DNA of 62,463 nucleotides, the filler included, from Craspedostauros australis (taxonomy: Eukaryota), in assembly GCA_030167865.1 (NCBI GenBank). It is 10 parts of 10 records of this genome, joined end to end, with 100 filler letters (N's around TTAATTAATTAA, not from the genome) between each part and the next. Parts side by side here need not be neighbours in the genome. Positions count along the whole stretch, not along the records: positions 49,671 to 59,272 come from JALAGF010006623.1; positions 59,373 to 62,463 come from JALAGF010006624.1; 8 more parts are not named here. One strand, 5' to 3'. Below, piece by piece: positions 56,722 to 62,463 of this stretch. The notes under the pieces are model-generated. The model was not told where the DNA came from. It saw nothing but the letters and a program-made list of their open reading frames with translations, and searched no databases. The translations under genes and the position numbers were made by a program. Within the stretch, counting starts at the first letter, position 1. Each line of letters opens with the position of its first letter.

Positions 56722-59373
56722 TTTGAGAGTATGGTGGATGGTCGCTGGACGATAGACGTTGGACGATTTACGTTGGATTGGCTGTCGAGGATGTCTGTGG
56801 TCGGAGCTGCCTATGGAAGAGATATCGATGTTTGTGTATGCAACAGCTTGTATTAGTATGAGTATGAGTATGAGTACCATACGCTGTGTGATGAATATGA
56901 GTGGCAATTCGATGTCTGTTGTTCACGCGGTTGAGTATGGGGTTGAGTGTGGGGTTGGGTGATGTGTGTGTTGTTGTCTTGTTCGCATGGTCTCCTCCTT
57001 CTGTTTGCCTGTGTTTGTCTCCTTCTCTTGATCAAACGCGTCTGGTTCGCGCGGATTGGATCTTTCTGTTCNNATCCATCACGAAAATGCGTGCGACCAA
57101 CAACAAGAAAGAAGCACCACAACAGAGTTCTCGTTTGGCCACAATCAACGCAACACCAATCCGAAGCAAACAACGTCAAAGTCTTCGGAAACACAGAGAG
57201 CTGTCATCGTCGCCACCACCGCCGCCACCACCATGTGCACCATGGCCCACGCTTGCTTGCGTCATCGTGGCATCTGCAAGACCGCTGACCCCCGTCCGCC
57301 TGCCATTGCAAGCACCAACTTGAGGTGTGAACCAATGCCTCGAACAACCATGAAGCCACCGATGAAGCCACCGATATGACTGCCTTTGTTGGTTGCGACC
57401 CATCTCATTTGGATTTGGCTGGTTGCCATCCCACCGCATTGCAAGCATCACCATCTGCGCAGGCAACAAGAGTCCTCAACATCCAACCAACACCACGTTG
57501 TGTATTGGGATGGGTTGGCACATTCAGCAATCAATAGGCGGAGCGATACTGTGACGCCTCCACTGTTCCTGCCGCACGGAACACCAAGACACAATACCAT
57601 GCGCATTCTATCCAGAGGCATGAGCGCCATCGTCTTGGCTCGTGACTTCCAGAGCATCGATGCCCAACCGAGGCGATCGACAGGAACCTCCGTCTCATCA
57701 ACGAAGTTGGGAGCATCACGAAGGAGGACATATGGGAATATGGCGCGCATTGGCAATGGATCACTGACCGCGTGCTTCTTCTACCATATGGAACTCTGTG
57801 TCAACCATGATCCGCAGTACGGCACTCGCACTCTGCATGGGGTTGCTTGTTGGTTTGTTGGTTGGTTTCTTCTCTTGCTCGTCAAGCTCTCTGGATGCTT
57901 GGACTGGGCTGGCTCGTCGGTTCTTGTCTTTCCGCCACACTGGCATTGGTCGCTTCGAAGATTGGAATGGATGGTGACCCTGGCATTTGCTGCTTCAACG
58001 GTGAGTGATCGCTCCTCCTGGGACTTGGCAAGGGTCTTGACTGCAGTGTTGGCGCAATGGCAGGAGTGCAACTCATCCAGCGACGAGGTCAATAGCGCGA
58101 TACGAGACGGTCAATGGAACCGCACAGCAACCATGCTCCTCGCGGCTTCTCACCATTTCTCTCTGCCTTGTTCACCATGTGCTCTTCGTCGTCTCTTCCA
58201 CAAACTTGGATCGGCTGGCATCGGCACTGTAGCTTTCAATCTACTTGGCAGTGTGACTTGGAGTAGAGTGCACTGGGTGCGAATCCGGCGGCATGGTGAC
58301 GACTGTACGGCTTGTGAAAATGCTGCTGCCATGCGTCCTCTGTCTGCGCAACGAACCAACAACGATGCTGATGGCGGAGTGTGGATGGAACCACGGACGT
58401 CCAATCTGCTCGTGAATGACATTGGCAACATCCCTGTGTGCGTATGTATTGTAGAGAGCGGACCAGACTTGTCGTACACAAGGCAAAGGCAGCATTGGAG
58501 CAGTATCCAGCCCTTCAATCTCTTGAAACATCCGGTGACTTCATGACTGTGTTCTTTTGCACAAGCAGGGACTCAGTGCATGTGGTACTGTTCCAAACAT
58601 ACATAGAGAAGTACAGTCTCTTCGTAGGTGTGTTACATGCAGGGACGTGAGTCTACCACACCTCTATGAGTATGATACGAATACAGAGCGGCCCCTCCGT
58701 CTCATTCCATCCCATCGTGTCGTGATGCATCACTGGGTGGGAGTGTTGGTACCATTAATCAAGCGATCGTGGTACTGAGACGCGCTCTTTCTCCTGACCA
58801 CATTCTTTTATGTGAGTTGCAGTGGCTTTGTGCCAGACAGCTTCTCATGGTAGACAGCATCGCGAGTTGACGATCTGCTTCGTCCACGGCGATTTGATTG
58901 AAGGGCTCCGCGTGATGACGAACGTTTGTTGCCATGTTGTTGTTTGCCATCTCGTCCATTGTCATCTCGCTCATTGCTGTGCCGTTCGACGCTGTCAATT
59001 CGATGTCCTCTTGATCTGCTTCGTTGTCGCGCCGATGGTGATCATTCATCGGAGGACTTCCTTCGCTGATCTTCGCCGATCTTCGCCACGTGGTGTCGAT
59101 TGGCTACGGCCACGTTGATTTGGTGTTCGCGAACTTCTTCGGACATGCATTCGGGAAGGTGAGCCGTTGCACTGTTGCAAACCAGTACCAGTGGAGTGCG
59201 CATTTGAGTTGGTTTCGCGTGAACTCGAGGCTGCGTTCATATCATCCGAACTGCCAGATGTTCGTTGTCGCCNNNNNNNNNNNNNNNNNNNNNNNNNNNN
59301 NNNNNNNNNNNNNNNNTTAATTAATTAANNNNNNNNNNNNNNNNNNNNNNNNNNNNNNNNNNNNNNNNNNNNC

Positions 59374-59559
59374 AACGCACTGGCCTACCACCGAGTCCGA
59401 TCGGCCATCGCCGCTGGGACGATGTACTTCATCAAGATCAAGGGAAACCAGAACATTGCCGACATCCTCACGAAGTTCCTTCCACGGTCGGTTTTCTGGG
59501 ACCTCATCCAACCACTGTTGTTCTGGAAGGGCAACACCGATCCCAACCACAACAAGTGA
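59374..59559 (+). CDS. CoDi-type RNase H C-terminus
   Basis: NALAYHRVRSAIAAG...NIADILTK...PLLFWKG, followed by PPT GGGGAG and an LTR. Confidence 0.9.
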   Translation, partial: NALAYHRVRSAIAAGTMYFIKIKGNQNIADILTKFLPRSVFWDLIQPLLFWKGNTDPNHNK

Positions 59560-59584
59560 CTGCGAAAAGATACGTTTCGGGGAG

Positions 59585-60110
59585 TATTAGCACAACGCTT
59601 TATTCACCTGATTCGTTTTCTGATTAGTCTGTCCTTGTATGTGCTGAAACAATGCTTTCCTCAGACACATGATTTTCGACATGAGGGACACACTAGGGAA
59701 CATCAGAGCTTTGGTCTGGCCACCACCCGGCAAACATGTGATACCCAATCCGATCTGATATACTTCCCAACTAAACCTGAAATGACAACACACTCGACGA
59801 CCTCAAGCATCATCAATGGAATGTGGAATCGACAGAGCCATGGAANNNNNNNNNNNNNNNNNNNNNNNNNNNNNNNNNNNNNNNNNNNNNNNNNNNNNNN
59901 NNNNNNNNNNNNNNNNNNNNNNNNNNNNNNNNNNNNNNNNNNNNNNNNNNNNNNNNNNNNNNNNNNNNNNNNNNATGAAGATAACATAGAACCAGAAGTC
60001 ACTCAACCCAAACAGTGTCTTCACTCACCAGCTCGTCACCCTCGTCCTGAAAGACTTGATCTCTCTTGAAGGACTCGTGTGATTTCGCTGTGTACAACTA
60101 CGTGATAACA
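59585..60110 (+). repeat. 3' LTR of CoDi element (TATTAG...GATAACA)
   Basis: Follows PPT 59579-59584; matches 18450-18977. Confidence 0.9.
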
Positions 60111-62463
60111 ATAGTAGGAGTACGCGAGGTTGGTGTATCCCTCTTGGTACCTGCCAATGATGATCCACTTCGACAGGATGACCTCCAGCGTGAGNNNNNN
60201 NNNNNNNNNNNNNNNNNNNNNNNNNNNNNNNNNNNNNNNNNNNNNNNNNNNNNNNNNNNNNNNNNNNNNNNNNNNNNNNNNNNNNNNNNNNNNNNNNNNN
60301 NNNNNNNNNNNNNNNNNNNNNNNNNNNNNNNNNNNNNNNNGCCGATTTCATAGGCTGGGATGATGGGCAAAGCGAACATGAAGAGGATGATGAGCACGCC
60401 GATGACCTGGATGACGGTGGATGTTGTTTGGGGGAACCGTTTCTCATTGTGCATGGTGGTAAGCTTGTTAAGCGCCGGGAGACGCGTTGGGAGCGGTTCT
60501 CCATGCGATGTCTCGAGGAATGTTTTGAGATCCATGAGCGTTGGAAACATCTCGAAGCAATTTGAAGGGAGGGTGGTGCTGTACCGTTTTGACAGTGATT
60601 GCCGGAGCTCNNNNNNNNNNNNNNNNNNNNNNNNNNNNNNNNNNNNNNNNNNNNNNNNNNNNNNNNNNNNNNNNNNATCTCGTTGAAGGTCTTACTTTGG
60701 AGGTCGTCGTCGTGGTCTGCGTTCCTCGTCAATATCGTTGCTGCTGTTGACGACTTGGCACCGCCATCCTGCGCTATTTGGGAGGTTGGATTTGGGTTTG
60801 CGATGAAGTTCAAGATCATTTTCTGGCCTCCGTCATGCAAACGTTGTCGGTTGCGGCGTCTCTGGATCTTCCCGCTTGTTGTTTTGGAGATGGTGCGTTC
60901 TTTGACGGCTGCGACTGTTGCCGGTGTCAACCCGATGTGTTCGATCACGTCCTTTCTGACCTCCCGACACACCGATGCTGCATCATCCGCACGGCTCGCT
61001 CGAATCTCAAATACGATCTCGAGCTGTCCGTCGTTGCCTGAATCATCAGATGAGAATGCCGCGACACATCCTGGACGGACGGCAGATGAGGCCTCTTCAA
61101 CAGCATGCTCGATATCTTGCGGGTAGTAGTTGACACCATTGACGATGATGATGTCCTTCTTGCGTCCGCAAATGAAGAGATGATCATCTTGGAAGAATCC
61201 GTAGTCTCCCGTTCGCAAGTACGTCTTGGTTGAAGGGCGGCCTCCATTGCTGTCACTGTCAGCGGTGTTCTCGCCATTGCCATTGCCATCGGATGGAGGA
61301 TCTTGCAGCTTCGCATGAAATTCGTCGGCGGTGAGCTGGGCTTGATTGTAGTACCCGGCTGCGACAGAGGCCCCGGCGATCCAGATCTCTCCCGTGACGT
61401 TGTCTGGACGTTGGACGCGGGTGTCCGGGTCCACGATGATGATATCAATCGAGTGGTGTAGAGTATTGCGGTGTGCAATTGCCACAGATGGATGCAGATC
61501 TTCACCTTCGCGGATGGTAGAAACATGAAATCCATGCTTGAAACTCACGCCAACCACATTCTCTGCAAGACCATACCCAGCCACAAACCATTCCTTGCGC
61601 AGGCCGTATGGGCAGAATGCGTCAGAGAAGTGCTTTTCTGTGTCCAGCCGTGTTGGTTCGGCCGCGTTTTGCAGATGATACACGTTGGATAGGTCGAGGT
61701 TCGGGATGGGATGACCTTTTCCAGTCTGCTTGCTCTTGGCCTCGTTGAACTTGCGTGTTGCAAGACGGTACGCAAAGTCTGGCGCAGCACTCACGTGGCA
61801 CTTGTGCTGGGACATGAGATCAATCCAGAGCAACGGGTTGCTGATAAATGAGACGGGCGACATCATATGGAGACGGAAGGCACTGGCCAAAGGTTTAATG
61901 CCCAACTGGATCAGACCCATGTCGTGGTACTGCGGTAGCCATGAGCATGCTGTGATCCGCTTTGGTGTTTTGCGTCTATCACTCAGATCATTTTCAAAGC
62001 AATCCAGCCAACCACCATGGAGAAGTTCGATGTTAGCTCTCAGTGCGGCATGCGTCACCATGACGCCCTTGGGATTGCCTGTGCTTCCAGATGTGTACTG
62101 GAGGAACGCCAGATCCGATCCTGCGATGTTGGGTTCATCGAATGAAGGCGGCGGCGATGATGAATGGCCAGAGATGAGGCTGGAAAGGAAGCCTTTCTTG
62201 GCTTGCTTGTTCTTGCCGTTGGTCTTGTCCGTGATGAAGCCATCATGGCAAATGATGCGATCGGTGACTTGGTACTTCACCCCGCTTGGCCACATGGAGC
62301 GGCTCCTGGATGTTGGGTTGGCGCGATCGGCGGCTCGAAGGAGATTGATGGATGTTTGGGTGAGGATGAGTGCTGGCGAGCAATCCTCGATCACCTTGTT
62401 CATCTTGGTGAGCGACTTGACGAGCGGCGGTCCAGGAGGATAGACCAGCACGGCAGTCACGCC
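60111..62463 (-). CDS. Fatty acyl-AMP ligase-ACP-membrane (Pls-type terminal domain) NRPS-like protein; 5' end outside window, 3' part cut by LTR
   Basis: AFLQYTSGSTGNPKGV, SWLPQYHDMGLI, GYGLAE, YLRTGDYG, GRKKDIIIVNGVNYYPQDIE and KTTSGKIQR; ACP-like helices ~60500-60610 (Ser motif hidden in gap); TM helix VIQVIGVLIILFMFALP; KWIIIGRYQEG. Confidence 0.82.

Noticed and set aside
57386..59272. 386-aa ORF and neighbouring small ORFs
   Set aside because: Non-ATG start, atypical composition and no domain motif; may be a decayed gene but cannot be supported.
17567..59328. Nine regularly recurring TTAATTAATTAA motifs
   Set aside because: Always embedded in N runs; scaffold-joining linkers, so adjacency across them has no biological meaning.
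1..62463. rRNA, tRNA or other structured RNA genes
   Set aside because: None recognised by eye; the tRNA-Asn-like 14-mer at 18436 is a PBS, not a full cloverleaf.

Overview
Repeat-rich eukaryotic DNA, most likely from a diatom (inferred from CoDi-type Ty1/copia elements and diatom-typical gene families). The window is not one locus. It is about 10 unplaced scaffolds joined by artificial N-flanked TTAATTAATTAA linkers, with many internal N gaps whose flanks are duplicated. It contains: a near full-length Ty1/copia element (LTRs 5207-5960 and 12323-13010, 1962-aa polyprotein) plus a second copy; several other intact or degenerate, nested copia/CoDi elements; a plant-mariner-like DD38D transposase disrupted by an LTR; a pseudogenised piggyBac-like transposase fused to a YqaJ/lambda-exonuclease domain; a ~181-bp satellite array; and host-like genes (P-loop NTPase + PD-(D/E)xK nuclease with a mitochondrial-type presequence, STAND ATPase-TPR protein, ankyrin-BTB pseudogene, truncated alpha/beta-hydrolase, and a FAAL-ACP-Pls-like NRPS interrupted by an LTR). 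The most interesting leads are the piggyBac-YqaJ transposon with candidate ATAT|CCA ends, the putatively mitochondrion-targeted NTPase-nuclease, the FAAL-ACP-Pls-like synthetase, an extra Zn-ribbon domain in the copia polyprotein, TA-starting LTRs with an apparent half-tRNA-Asn primer site, and a ~210-230-bp cassette family with fixed ends. All calls come from motif reading by eye; no database searches were run.
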